Assembly (NCBI GenBank): GCA_964016885.1
Contig: OZ024756.1
Span: forward strand, 9,176,001-9,240,000
Source: Eledone cirrhosa
Taxonomy: Eukaryota
Direction: 5' to 3'
DNA: 64,000 bases
Both the position numbers and the translations under genes were made by a program. The notes beneath the pieces were generated by a model that saw only the letters and a list, made by a program, of their open reading frames with translations, was not told the DNA's origin and made no database searches. Positions 13,228 to 26,403 of this stretch are shown piece after piece. The number at the start of each line of letters is the position of its first letter. The stretch's first letter is position 1.

Positions 13228-13579
13228 AGGAATGGTAATATAAACATTACAGCAATACAAAGAGAGGAAACATATCACTGATGATGTCACAGGTGTGTGA
13301 CAAAAGAACTCTGAGAAACTATATTTATATTTATATTTTTAACTGTTGGTCAATCAATGATAAACATTGATTGCCAGCAGAATTAATTATAGAAATATAA
13401 AATATACTGAAGTGAAAACCAACCCAAACAGCGAGTGTGTTTTACTATATATTTCTGGCAATATTATAACTACATGACCCTCCCCCAAAATAACAATATA
13501 AATAATTTTATTGGATAACCAACTGAATAAATTAACGAAATATTTTAGAAAAAAGAAGGAAAATCAGTAACAAACTAAC

Positions 13580-13672
13580 CTTTGTTGATCGTTATACTGA
13601 TAGACTGATACTTTTCCTCCAACAGTTGGACTGGCATCATCACTACCAACAGCAATCATTGGAGAACAGAGT
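13580..13672 (-). CDS. SEH1L: SEH1L exon 6 (LCSPMIAVGSDDASPTVGGKVSVYQYNDQQ)
   Basis: tacag|...|gttag; 93 nt; SPMIAVGSDD motif. Confidence 0.95.
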
Positions 13673-14012
13673 CTGTAAACATAATAGAGAAATTACATCA
13701 TCGTCGTCGGTATAAATTGGGCAGGTAGTCTTGGTCTAAGTCACTTCTTATTTAAGGTTACTACTCTCTTACATGTGGAGCCTAGTGGTAACGGTGTTGA
13801 TCTTAACCTTTAGCACGCTGAAGTTTTTTATGAATTGCTTCCCTTGACACTGTATTATGTATTAAGGAGAGAGCGACATAAGGTAACCAGAGTGCCCAGA
13901 AGATTAAGATGACTTTATGGTCAGAATGTTATGGGCTTGATTCCTGGACTGGAGGAGAGTGTGGTGTTCTTGAGCAAAACACTTCATTTCATGCTGCTCC
14001 AGTATAGTCAGT

Positions 14013-14290
14013 GGAGGCACTTGGCCTAGTGGTAAGGGTGTTGGACTTAAGATCATTATGTTGTGGGTTCACTTCCTGGGCTGGCTTGTGTGTTGTATTC
14101 TTGAATATATACTTCATTTCACGTTGCTCCAGTATACTCTACTGAAAACGAGTACCAGCAATAGCTGGAGGTCCCTGTGATGGACTGGCGTCCTGTCCAG
14201 GGGGAAGTTTTGTACTCTCAGTCGCTTCATGCCATGAAATTGAGATAAACACCAGCCAGATGAGCCTCCTAGCTTGAAACAGACTTCAGA
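14013..14290 (+). mobile_element. SINE family B (related tRNA head + CORE, different 3' module); also 5688-5961 (-) and 54252-54528 (-)
   Basis: GGAGGCAC.TGGCC..GTGGTAAG head; 3' part GATGGACTGGCGTCCTGTCCAGGGG. Confidence 0.78.
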
Positions 14291-15465
14291 GGACACAGGA
14301 GTTCTGAAATATCTTGAGTCAACCTTCAACTATATGGAATCGAGCATCTCCAGATGTTTTATATGCAAAAGTATATAAGCTATAGCTGACGCTTGTCTCA
14401 GTACAGAGTGAGTAAATGTCACTGATGATGGATAGTGATCCCGAAACACAAAGTGCTCTCACAGAGCTGTTGAGAAAGCTGTCACATGATCATTATCATC
14501 ATCATCACCGTTTACGTCCGTTCTTCCACGCTAGCATGGGTTAGACAGGTTGTCCTGTTGTGGGCAGTGTCTGGTCGGCTGACCATGCCTTGCTCATACA
14601 GGAACTGATTCTGGCTTGATTTCTACAGCTGGATGCCCTTCCTAACACCAACCTCATTTACAGTGAGTACTGGGTGCTTTTTCGTGGCGCCTACACGTCC
14701 ACTTTACAGTGTGGGCTGGGTGCTTTTTTTGCCGTGGCACCTCCACGACCACCTTGCGGTGGGGGGTGTGGGGGCATATTGTCTATTCACAGCAGATCAC
14801 AGCTCAGAATATTCATAATGAGGCTCATGTATGTTTATTATACGTAAAGCTATCGTGTAAACCTTCATATACGAGGGTCAGCTGTAAAGTTCATAGGCTG
14901 ACTATGGAGGAATGATGCTAGAGCTGCGAAATCTTGCATGTATTAATTTCAACTCATCTTCATCATTGTTTAACATCCATTTTCCAATGCTTGCATGGGT
15001 TAGATGAGTTATCCAGTTGTGAGCAATGCCAGGTGACCTTGTCTTGCTCATACAGGAACTGATTCTGGCTTGATTTCTACAGCTGGATGCCCTTCCTAAC
15101 ACCAACCTCATTTGCAGTCAGTACTGGGCGCTTTTTGTCGTTATGCCTACACGACCACTTTACAGTGTCGACTGGAGGTTTCAATGGATGAATACCAAAG
15201 CTTCTCCTCATGGGGGATGTATGGAAGTGGGTGAGTTGGGGTGGTGCATAATATATATATATATGCTTCATCTTCGGCCTGTGCCCATGTGAAGGCAGGT
15301 CATCTGTATTACTGCGTAGTGCCAAAGATCTCGGTTCTGTGTCATTATCTTTGAGAGATGCAATTGTGCAAGGTCAGCTTTTATCACCTCGTCTCAAGTC
15401 TTCCTGACTTCGAGCGCTCTGCACTTTTTTATGCAGCTGTCATCCTTCATACATATCACATGTTC

Positions 15466-15801
15466 ATCATCATTTCATTTTACGTCCACTTTTTCCCTGC
15501 TTGCAAGGGTGGGACGGGAACTGATGCTGGCTTGATTTCTACAGCTGGATGCCCTTCCTAACACCAACCTCATTTACAGTGAGTGCGGGGTGCCTTTTTG
15601 CCGTGGCACCTCCACGACCTCTTTGCAGTGGAATGATAGGGACCCCAGTCCCTATCATCTCATTTCTACAGCTGAGTAAACTGGAGTAACGTGAAATAAA
15701 GTGTCTTGCTCAAGGAAACAACACATCACCCGGTCTGAGAATTGAACTCACAACCTTTCGATTGCAAGGCCAATGCTCTAACCACTAAGCCATGTGCCTC
15801 C
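15466..15801 (-). mobile_element. SINE family A copy
   Basis: Reverse complement of 767-1102. Confidence 0.88.
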
Positions 15802-16190
15802 AATACAATCTCTTCTCCTGCACACAGCATTTGATTCCTCTTTTGCCAAGTCTCTCTCAGTTCATTTATGCTTTGTCGTTCGCATATATTACTATTACAC
15901 ATCCATCGAGCATGCAAGCTTCATTTCTTTCTAATCTACGCAAGTCTTCTACACACAACGCCCAGGTCTCACTATCATGTAACATTGATGTTCGCATGCA
16001 AGCATCATACAGTCTGCCTTTCATTTTGAGGGAAAAGCCTTTTGCAGCTAGCAATGGTAGTAGCTCCCTAAACTTCTTCCATCCTGTTCTTACTCTGGTT
16101 ACTGTACTTTCAGAACACCCACCACTGGTGCTAATTCGATCACCAAGGTAGCAGAAGCTGTCTACTGTTTCTACCGAGCCTTCCTTCCCA
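15802..16190 (-). mobile_element. RTE LINE ORF2 fragment
   Basis: FCYLGD..KGRLYDAC.R..ML..SETWAL. Confidence 0.8.
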
Positions 16191-16645
16191 GAATACTATC
16201 AATAACTGCATTGTTTCTTTCCAGGGACTATGTGGAAAAATAAATCTCATTTAGTCATTCCATGAGAGTATCTTGCTCAGCCTATGAACTTTTCAGACTA
16301 TGAAGGAATGATGCTAGAGCGTGGAAATCTTGCATGCATTAATTTCAACTTTTCTTATTAATAACTGCATTGTTTCTTTCTAGGGACTATGTTGAAAAAT
16401 ACACCTCTATTATCATTAGTATCTGTAGAGCGTTGAATACCATGCTTTGCAGCATAGTTACGGCCCTTTACAATCTGAGTTCAAATCCTACCGAGGTTAA
16501 CTTTGCCTTTCACCCTTACAGAGTCGATAAATAAAGTACCAGTAATGCACTGGGGTTTATTTAATCAACAATCTCCACTTCCCTTCAATTACTGGCCTTG
16601 TGCCAAATGTAGAAACCATTATAAAAGGAATAAGGGAAAGCTTAC

Positions 16646-16776
16646 CTGGAAGGATTCCATGAGAGACAACTGCAGCTGAGTTTACAGTTAATTTCATAAT
16701 CCAGAGACCAATGACTGAGATTCATCACATCTGGAGCTTGGTATATACGCACCATACCATCGGAAGTACATGTGGC
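16646..16776 (-). CDS. SEH1L: SEH1L exon 5 ([43 protein letters not shown])
   Basis: ctag|...|gtaag; 131 nt; near-identical to Seh1 [29 protein letters not shown]. Confidence 0.96.
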
Positions 16777-17118
16777 CTAGTTTTAAATAAAACAATATAA
16801 CTGAGAAATGAAGCAACCATGCTTCGTTGGATGTGGTGCAATGTAAATGTGAGAGAAAGGCAGAGCTTGGACAAGCTGAAGGAGAAGCTAGGTCTAAGAG
16901 GAATCTGAGGTGGTGTGCAGGAGAGAAGACTGCGTTGGTACAGACATGTGATGTGTATGGATGATGATCGCTGGGTGGTGCCAGGAAATACCAGGGGAAG
17001 GAAGCCATAGTAGAGGTTGACAAAGGAAGACCTGGTTAGAAGTGGTGAGAGCTGATCTCAAATTGCTGAGACTCACAGGAGATGAAGGAACGAGGTGAGT
17101 GGAGAGATGCTATGCTGT

Positions 17119-19067
17119 TTAACCCTTTAACAATTACATTACTCTATATATACTATGGTATTTTCACAGTAAAGTCTTTACCTCACATAACATTTACATT
17201 ACTCTATATATACTATTGTATTTTCACAGTAAAGGCTTTACCTCACATAACATTTACATTACTCTATATATACTATTGTATTTTCACAGTAAAGGTGTTA
17301 CCTCACATAATATCTCACATAACATTTACATTACTCTATATATACTGTTGTATTTTCACAGTAAATGCTTTACCTCACATAACATTTACATTACTCTATA
17401 TATACTATTATATTTTCACAGTAAAGGCTTTACCTCACATAACATTTATTTACTTTACTCTATATATACTATTGTATGTTCACAGTAAAGGCTTTACCTC
17501 ACATAACATTTATTTACATTACTCTATATATACTATTGTATTTTCACAGTAAAGGCTTTACCTCACATAACATTTATTTACTTTACTCTATATATACTAT
17601 TGTATTTTCACAGTAAAGGCTTTACCTCACATAATATTTATTTACTTTACTCTATATATACTATTGTATTTTCACAGTAAAGGCTTTATCTCACATAACA
17701 TTTACATTACTCTATATATACTATTTTATTTTCACAGTAAAGGTGTTACCTCACATAATATCTCACATAACATTTACATTACTCTATATATACTATTGTA
17801 TGTTCACAGTAAATGCTTTACCTCACATAACATTTACATTACTCTATATATATCATCATCATCATCACTGTTTTACGTCCGTTCTTCCATGCTAGCATGG
17901 GTTAGACGGGTTTTCCTGTTGTGGGCAGTGTCTGGTCGGCTGACCATGCCTTGCTCATACAGGAACTGATTTTGGCTTGATTTCTACAGCTGGATGCCCT
18001 TCCTAACACCAACCTCATTTACAGTGAGTGCTGGGTGCTTTTTTTCCGTGGCGCCTACACGTCCACTTTACAGTGTGGGCTGGGTGCTTTTTTGCCGTGG
18101 CACCTCCACGACCACTTTACAGTGGGAGGGTGTGGGGGCATATTGTCTATATGCTTCAGCTGGTACCCATGGGAGGTCGGGTACTCTGTATTACTGCATG
18201 AGGCCAGAGGTCACGGTCGTGTGTCATCGCCTTTGAGAGGTATAATTGGGTAAGGTCGGCTTTTATCACCTCATCCCAGGTCTTCTTGGGTCTCCCCACT
18301 CTGCGGTTTCCATTGACTTCTAGTGCTCTGCACCTTTTTATGCAGCTGTCATCCTTCATACGCATCACGTCCATACCAACACAACCGCCTCTCCTGCACA
18401 CAGCATTTGATTCCTCATATGCTCAGTCTCTCTCTCAATTCATTTATGCTTTGCGTTCGCGTATATTACTATTACACATCCATTGGAGCATGCAGGCTTC
18501 GTTTCTCTATATACTATTGTATTTTTACAATAAAGGCTTTACCTCACATAACATTTACATTACTCTCCCCACCAACACCACCCTTTCTCTGTAAAGTTAT
18601 GTTGGGAGCACAACATCCAGTCCTAAATAAATGAGGTGGTGTAGGTGTCACGACAAAATAAAAAACACAGAGTCCACGCTGTAATGTGGCCGTGTAGGTA
18701 ACACGGTAAAAACCTCCCAGTCCACACTGTAAATGTGCTTGGTGTTAGGAAGGGCATCCAGCCGTAGAACACCTGCCAGACAGTCCTATACAAGCGAAAC
18801 AACCAATCTTGCCTCAAGTGGGACAATTCCCGTCTAAACCCATGCTAGCGTGGAAGATAGACGTTAAACGCTGATGATGATGATACTATTATATTTTCAC
18901 AGTAAAGGCTTTACCTCACATAATATTGAATCTACGAGGTTCTGATATTATTTATTTTGAGAATAATACCTTAACATCTGTATGAGGGGCTGGTTATGGC
19001 CAGTTTGAACAGAAAGAGGTGAGAGAATTCTGGCCAGATATGGCCAGTTTAAATGCTAAGGGGTTAA
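17119..19067. mobile_element. piggyBac-type MITE expanded by tandem repeats, with two nested LINE tails
   Basis: TTAACCCTTTA start, AAGGGGTTAA end; internal 60-72-bp array. Confidence 0.78.
17851..18505 (-). mobile_element. RTE LINE 3' fragment
   Basis: Same family as 60888-61517; (CAT)n tail at 17851. Confidence 0.88.
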
Positions 19068-19283
19068 GATCGATAGCAAAAATAGCAGTCCAGTACTGGG
19101 TTGATTCTTCTTCTATATCTCTTTCACCTCTCACTCTTTCTTTCTCCCTTCCCCTCTCTCACTCTCTCTCGGGAAGAAATCGTCTGTGTTCAGGCACCAG
19201 GTAAAGACAACCCAGTGACCCCATAAAGAGGTATGGGTCCATACAAACAGAGTATAATGTGTCAAACTAAATAATTTACTTAC

Positions 19284-19402
19284 CAACTGAAGACCTAAAT
19301 GTTTTGGTGCAAATTTAACATCCGTTACAGATGACCGACTGTCCACTAAGTTGGGTCTTTTCACCCATTTTGTCTTTGAGGTATCATCACGTGACTCACT
19401 AG
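19284..19402 (-). CDS. SEH1L: SEH1L exon 4 ([39 protein letters not shown])
   Basis: ttttag|...|gtaag; 119 nt; [16 protein letters not shown] motif; phase matches exon 3. Confidence 0.96.
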
Positions 19403-20181
19403 CTAAAAATAAAAATTAGGAATAAATTAATTATGCAATCTTCAATAGACATTAAATTTATAATTCTTGCATTTAATCTATATAATTAAAAACCTCAAAG
19501 GCCTTAACCCTTTAGCATTGAAACCGGCTGTATCTGGTCAGAATTCTCTCACCTCTTTCTGTTTAAACTGGCTGCTCATACTTATGTTAAGGTATTGTTC
19601 TCAAAATAAATAACATCAAAATCTCGTAGCTTTGATATCATGTGAGATAAAGTGTTTACCGTGAAAATACAATCATATATATAGAGTAATGCAAATGGAG
19701 TAATCTTGGCTGAAATGTGAAAGGGTTAACCTGAACATAAATATATCCAGAACAAATGAAAGCTATCCATGAACACAAGCGATAAACCTACATATGACCC
19801 CACTCACCAGATCCCATACCGCTTGAGGAAACGTACAATCACACGTCCTTCTAAAACTTACCTCAACACTCCCAGCAAAACAACCTCCAGCCTGCACCAA
19901 TTACTGGGAGTGACAGATGCCATCAGGCTGCAGCTGTTGCTTTATGTAGATTATAAAATTTCAAGGGTTTTTATTGAAAGAGGCCCTAGGTAGAGGGGCC
20001 TGTTTGAAAAATATATTGCAGTCTCCATTTCCCACCATAAAAACTGGCTATGGGTCTGCGGCATGGATGTACAAAGATTGTGTATCCAGAGACAGCAAAG
20101 AAGGTTTGGAATGGAGCAAACCATGACAATTTATCGATAGAGAAAATGTTTCTGAAATATTTAAAAGTTTGTCAAACTTAC

Positions 20182-20287
20182 GCAGCTCTTCCCATATCCC
20201 AGCAGCTCGATCAAATGAACATGTTGCAATAACCTGACCAAAATCAGGATGTGCCCAAGCCACTCGCCATACAGAGCCTGTGTGAGC
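20182..20287 (-). CDS. SEH1L: SEH1L exon 3 ([35 protein letters not shown])
   Basis: tgtag|...|gtaag; 106 nt; WAHP.FGQV WD40 signature. Confidence 0.96.
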
Positions 20288-20600
20288 CTACATTTGAAGG
20301 AAGGACAAAAGCAAAACAACAATAATGAATCATATTTTCTGTCTGCAATATACATACAAAATATTGTACATTTTCGTAATTTTCTACAATTTAAATTCCA
20401 TATATATATTGTTATACTTGGGGAGGCTCATATTGTTATAATATTGCCAGAAATAATAACAGAACACACTCACTGTTTGGTTTGGGTTGGTTTTCGCTTC
20501 TGTATCTTTTATATTTCCATAGTTAATTTATTTGGCAATCAATGTTTATCATTGATTGACCAGCAGTTAAAAATATAGATATAAATATATATATATAGTC

Positions 20601-20644
20601 TATCAAAGTTCTTTCGTTGCACATCTGCGACATCATCAGTGGTA
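20601..20644 (-). ncRNA. Minimal hammerhead-like motif within a dispersed repeat; copies at 13273-13316 (+) and 33701-33747 (-)
   Basis: TACCA CTGATGA T GTCGCA GATG TGCAAC GAAA GAAC TT TGATA. Confidence 0.58.
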
Positions 20645-20924
20645 CTATTACGTTTCCTATAATTGCTTTATTGCTTTATTGTATGATACTTATTTCTGTG
20701 ACACAGATGCTCATATATGCTTGCCAAACACACAAGAAGAAGGACGTTTTTTTTGCCTGCAGCATATCACATAATCGGAGTTTCATCTGAAGATATCATT
20801 CTCATAACAACAAATGTATATATTACATCTGAGATTGCATAAGAGAACCATTGAAATAATTATAATGAATAAACAATTTATGTAATATCAGCATCTTTTT
20901 TTATGTTATTCTTATATATATATA

Positions 20925-21445
20925 TATCATCATCATCCCCATTTTACGTCCATTCTTCCACAGGTTGTCCTGTTGTGGGCAATGCCAGGTCAAGTGACCA
21001 AGTCTTGCTCATACAGAACTGAGTTTGGCTTTGTTTCTACATCTGGATGCCCCTCCCAACACCAACCACATTTACAGTGAGTACTGGGTTCTTTTTTACC
21101 GTGGCGCGTATACGACCACTTTACAGTGGGAGGGGGTGGGGGTATACTGTTTATATGCTTCAGCATCGGCTTGTACTCGTGGGAAATCGGGTCTTCTGTA
21201 TTACTGTGTGACGCCAGAGGTCAGTCATCACCTTTGAGAGGTGCAATTGGGCAAGATCAGCTTTTATCACCTCATCCCAAGTCTTCTTGGGTCTCCCCGC
21301 TCCAAGAGTTTTATCGACTTTGAGCGCTCTGCATCTTTTTATGCAGCTGTCATCCTTCATACACACCACATATCCATACCAACGCAATCTTCTCTCCTGC
21401 ACCCAGCCTTTGATTCCTTTTATGCCTAGTCTCTCTCTCAATTTG
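20925..21445 (-). mobile_element. RTE LINE 3' fragment
   Basis: ERRLRWYG..GRPKKTW plus 3'UTR and tail. Confidence 0.82.
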
Positions 21446-21774
21446 TTTAGGAAGAGCATCCAGCTGTAAAAAACCCAGGTCAAATTTAGTCTTGTCGGAG
21501 CAGGATACAGCGTGGCCAATCCTGAGCAGACTTGTCTCAAGACACGGATGACCGGTCTGGCCCATGCAAGCATGGTAAAACAGAGATGATGATGATGATA
21601 CCCACATATGGCCTTCGCTATATTTAATGTTTTATATATTCACTGATTAACGTATAAGTGTGTCTTAACAATACAGACTTAATAAATTGAGTGAGAACAT
21701 GACCGAAGCTGTGTCGATCCTGTTCGATAGTTTCGTTTCATTATATATATATATGTATATATACATATAGAAGA

Positions 21775-22740
21775 ATGTAGAAGTTCAAGGACCCCCACAG
21801 CCAGTAACAAATTTAAAGGCATGTTACTCGATGCTTTCGACAGTAAGGAAGAGGAAATAGAGACATACAATATAGAGGAGCAGTGGGAATTCCTGAAAGT
21901 TAACCTGCTGAAGGAAACAAATGAAATCTGTGGCTGGAGCAGACCTATAGGCAAGAGGAGAGTAACTTGGTGGTGAACAGTAGGGTGGAGGAGACAATTA
22001 AGGCCAAAAATCAGGCTTGGAGAGAATGACGGGATGAGGGAAGTAGAGAACACTACCAGGTGGCCAGGAGAGAAGTTAGGTGACAAGTGTACCTTGCAAG
22101 AAGGGAAGCAGAAGATAGAAAATTTAAGCATGTTATGAAACGTGAGTTCCATAGGTGTGAAGTGTTCAGAATTGTGAGACAATGTGTCAAGGAAATCTGT
22201 GATATTGTCGGGGAGAAGTGTGTCTGTGATAACGAAGTAATGGCCCTCACTGATGCTGAAAAGAAAACAGCATGGAAGTACTACTATGAAAGACTACTAA
22301 ATAAGGAGAATGAATGGGATGAAGATAGTTGGCTCCAAGTTGACCCAACAGAGGGATCAGCTGTGGAAGTTAGTAGTAGTGTAGTAAGTAAGGCAATCAA
22401 AGATATGAAGACAGGCAAAGCAGCTGGACCTTTAGGGGTAGTTGCTGAGATGTTAAAAGTGTCTGGAATGGTGGGACACACCATAGTCACCCGGATAGTA
22501 AACCAAGTAATACAGAATGGGGTCATACCAAATGACAGTTCACTCTGTAAAGTGGCCATGTAGGAATCACAACAAAAAACAGCCAGCACACACTGTAAAT
22601 GTGGTTGGCGTTAGGAAGGACATCCAGCCATAGAAACAGTTCTATAAGAGTAAGACACGGTCATCTACCCAACTTGCCCCAAATGGGTCAACCCGTCTAA
22701 CCCATGCTAGCGTGGAAAATGGACATTAAACAATGATGAT
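21775..22740 (+). mobile_element. Internally deleted RTE LINE (EN-RT linker joined to 3'UTR)
   Basis: Homologous to 52870-53610 (AIKDMKTGKAAGP), then jumps to the 3' tail. Confidence 0.8.
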
Positions 22741-22789
22741 ATAATGGATAATAAATTAAAGTGGAACAAATACTTCTCTTTTATCTGAA

Positions 22790-23325
22790 CACAAATACTT
22801 GGGCATTCATATAGAGACATCAGAGCAAAAAGCTGGCAATTGATTCTATATTCCTGCAGAAACTTCCACAGCAGGTCCCAACGAATGCAGTCATATGCCT
22901 TTTCAAGGTCTATAAAACAAGAATATACCTCTTGGCAATACTCCCACGATTTCTTGAAGACCTGCTGCAGTGTGACTATTCGGTCGGCTGTGTTATGTCT
23001 GGGAAGAAAACCATATTGTTAATCAGCCAGCTTGGACTCGACAATCTCCGTATATCTCTTTGCTAGACTCTTAGAATAGACTTTACCAGGGAGGCTTAAC
23101 AAGGAGATCCCTCTGTAATTAGAACAATCTCACTTGTCTCCTTTTTTGAAAATTGGGATTATCACTCCTGATTGCCATTGCTTAGGTGCCTTTCCAGAGA
23201 TCCAAGCCACTGGCACATATGAGTCAGCCAGAGAACACCTCTATTTAAGGCTTTTAACATCTCGGGCCGGATTTTATTTTCCCTAGCAATCTTGTCGCAT
23301 TTGAGCTCTTTAACTGCTCTGTGAA
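22790..23325 (-). mobile_element. Degenerate LINE RT fragment
   Basis: Reverse-strand IPIFKKGD..NYRGISLLSLPGKVY..QYGF..FIDLEKAYD. Confidence 0.78.
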
Positions 23326-23683
23326 AAATGGAATGCAACCCATGCCAACTTAGAAAGCAGACTTGAAGTGATGATAATGGTGATAACCTTTCTTTCTTGG
23401 CGTGTCCACAAGAGTGTCAGTTACAAAGCTTGGCTAGATGTGGTTCTGCCACAGCTGAACACATTGCTGTCCTTTCTCATTAAACTCTGTCAAGTCCAAT
23501 TCTGTGCAGGGTTGTTCCAGCAGGTCATATCAGGAGGTGCTGCATAGCCTGTGATTCAATGCCGCAGTCATACACGTCCCCATCCTTTAAATATCCCAAC
23601 TAGATCGACAAAATATTGCTAATCCAACCACAAGCAAGTTATGATAACTAAAATTAAATCAGAGGAATTATAAAATATCTTAC

Positions 23684-23734
23684 CTTCCAACAAGCAGACT
23701 GGTGCCATAAACCATCCTCTGTTTTGTCCCAAAT
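23684..23734 (-). CDS. SEH1L: SEH1L exon 2 (IWDKTEDGLWHQSACWK)
   Basis: tttag|...|gtaag; 51 nt; aligns to human VWDKSESGDWHCTASWK. Confidence 0.93.
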
Positions 23735-25827
23735 CTAAAGAACAATGAAGGTAGAAGAATTTGAAGATATAACATTTTTGAGACACAAAATGCAAAGTTA
23801 TTTTTTTTTAAATTTTACTTAAAATTGTCACGATAGTATGGAAAAATGGATTTTTAACAGTGATGATGATGTCTATAAACATTTTAAGATTTCCGTAAAT
23901 TATTTTAGACCTTACATATTACCAGCAACATTATCAGTCAGCATTGGCTTAACCCTTTAGCATTTACATTACTCTATATATACTATTGTATTTTTGTGGT
24001 AAAGGTATAATTCTCTAACAATATTAAATCTATGAGATTTTGGTGTTATTCATTTTGAGAACAATATCTTAACACCAGTATGAATGGCTGGTTTGAACAG
24101 AAAGACGTGAGAATTCTGACCAGATATGGCTGGTTTAAATGCTAAAGGGTTAATGTTATCGATAATATCAACCATCCTACCAAGAATAATTTAGAAATGT
24201 GTTTATCATAAGCAAATACTGGAGCTTGTCCAACTGCCATCAAGACTTCAGTTGTGCACAGATATCGTACAGCCGAGCTTCTCCGTAAAATCGGAACATC
24301 AGCAGCCCATCTGTGTAAGGTGGGGTGACTGTTGCAGTAGGTGTCATTGGCCATTGCCCATGGAAATGCCTTTGCAGTTTTGTCCGGGGGGGTGCAGCTG
24401 AAACACCACCCGTACCTAGGCGTACAGTCTGTCACCCTCTCCTCTGTCTTTCTTCTGTTGCCTAGTAGTCCTTTCCTCTTCAGCCAGATCTGCCCTTCTT
24501 TACCCTTTTGAGGAAGAAACCCATGTCAGCACCAAGATTAGCAGAATCGGTAGTGCATCGGATAACATGCTTCGCAGCATCGAGTTAGGTCCCTTTCAGT
24601 TCCTAATTCAAATCCCGCCAAGGTTAGCTTTGCCTTTCATACTTACGGGGTCGATAAATAAAGCACCAGTAATGCACTGGGTCGATTTAATCGACTTTCC
24701 CCACCCCCCAAATCAGGAACCATTATTAAATATTTGATATTTTACGACTCTTAAATGCCACATTATTGTTCAATTAATGGATTATTGTTCAATAATTGTC
24801 TTATTTAAGACAGATCCACCTTTGCTCATTTAATATTTCAATGTAAATAGATTTAATGAAGGCGTTGTTTCGTTTAAATTAGACAGCAATCTTTGATCAA
24901 TAATTTCCTTTTACATTCATTTAAATCAATTACAATAATTTCCTTTAATTGATATCAAATGTAATCTGGTTTTTAAACACTTTCTTTTGATATTAAATCC
25001 TTCTGGGTTTACATATAGAGAAATGTAGATGGGAAAGAGTTGAAGTCTCATGTATGTTCATGTTAAGATATTCCGTTTTATTTTACCAATAAATCAGTGT
25101 CAATTTACATATTTAGATCGATCAGGTAATGTTTATTTTATATATTGTTATGTAGAACGATGGTTATCTAATTAAAAAGAAAGCCCGCCTTGATAAATAT
25201 TTTTCTGGCTGTTATTTCTAGCAGGTTGAACGACCATAAATTCATTGAAACGAGTGATTAATAATAATAATAATGATAATTTCTGCTTTAGGCACAAGGC
25301 CAGCAATATGGGGGAGGGAAAAGTTGATTAAATCGATCCCAGTACATTACTGGTACTTTATTTATCAACCCTGTAAGGATAAAGGAAAAAACTAAACCTT
25401 TCTAGTTGTGTTTATCAACATTATATTTATAATATTTATAATATTTATAATGTTTATCAACATTATATTTATAATATTTATACAACTGTGAACTCCAAGC
25501 TAACCTCAGCGGCGGGGATAACTACTGACAATTTCTACTATAGACACAAAACCAGCAATTTGGGGGAGGGGAAAGTCGATTAAATCCATCCCCAGTGCAT
25601 TACTGGTACTTTATTTTATCGACATCGTAAAGATGAAAGGCAAAGTTAAACTCGACGGCGGGATAATTAATAACAAACATGTTTGTATAGTAAAATTACA
25701 TTGATTATTTAAGAATTATTGGAAAAAGTCACATATATATAAATATAAAATTCGATAAATATATGAAAATACTTTAAAAAGAAAGAAATAAGGAAATAAT
25801 GGTGTTGTTTCCTTGTTTAAATCGAAC

Positions 25828-25938
25828 CTTGACACTTTGATCACTGGAACAAGTGGCTAATCTTTCTCCATAGAAATCATAAGCAACATCATGAATCAAA
25901 TCCTCGTGGTCCGTTTGAACAGATTTGGGTATTGACAT
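25828..25938 (-). CDS. SEH1L: SEH1L coding exon 1 ([37 protein letters not shown])
   Basis: Manual translation matches the Seh1 N-terminus ([19 protein letters not shown]); ATG at 25938, donor AAG|GTTCGA; 111 nt, phase 0. Confidence 0.95.
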
Positions 25939-26360
25939 AATTACATGAAGAACTCCTCCAAGTATATTGTTTTGTTTGGGGGGGAGGGAAGGGACCGATA
26001 AATTAAGGCTTCGTTATCTAAACAAAAAGACCCCCAAATATTTCTAAGTGTATCAAGCAAGAATCTGTGGAGGGTTTTGTTTTTTTTGATTTGAAAAATA
26101 ATGAAAAACAAAAAAATCACCGGTACCGGAAATAAGAAAGTCCTCCGTATCGAATAATCTGAGGCTTCTCATTGGTAGATAATCTAATTACCATTTGCAA
26201 AGCTTGTCTCTACTTTTGATGTATTCCAAACAAAATTATTGTGGAGTCGGTGCTTGTTTCTTTGAATTTCTCTAAAAAGTCAAGTCACGAGTTGGTGAAG
26301 TTGCGTTGGAAATATATTTCTATATTTTACACGAGTTAGTGGAGTTGGATTAAATATTTA
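25939..26360. promoter_or_regulatory. Putative SEH1L promoter, possibly bidirectional
   Basis: Directly upstream of the SEH1L ATG; ETS-type CCGGAAAT (26126-26133) overlapping palindrome CCGGTACCGG; ATTGG (reverse CCAAT) at 26171; TE-poor. Confidence 0.45.
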
Positions 26361-26368
26361 GGTTTATA

Positions 26369-26403
<35 letters not shown>

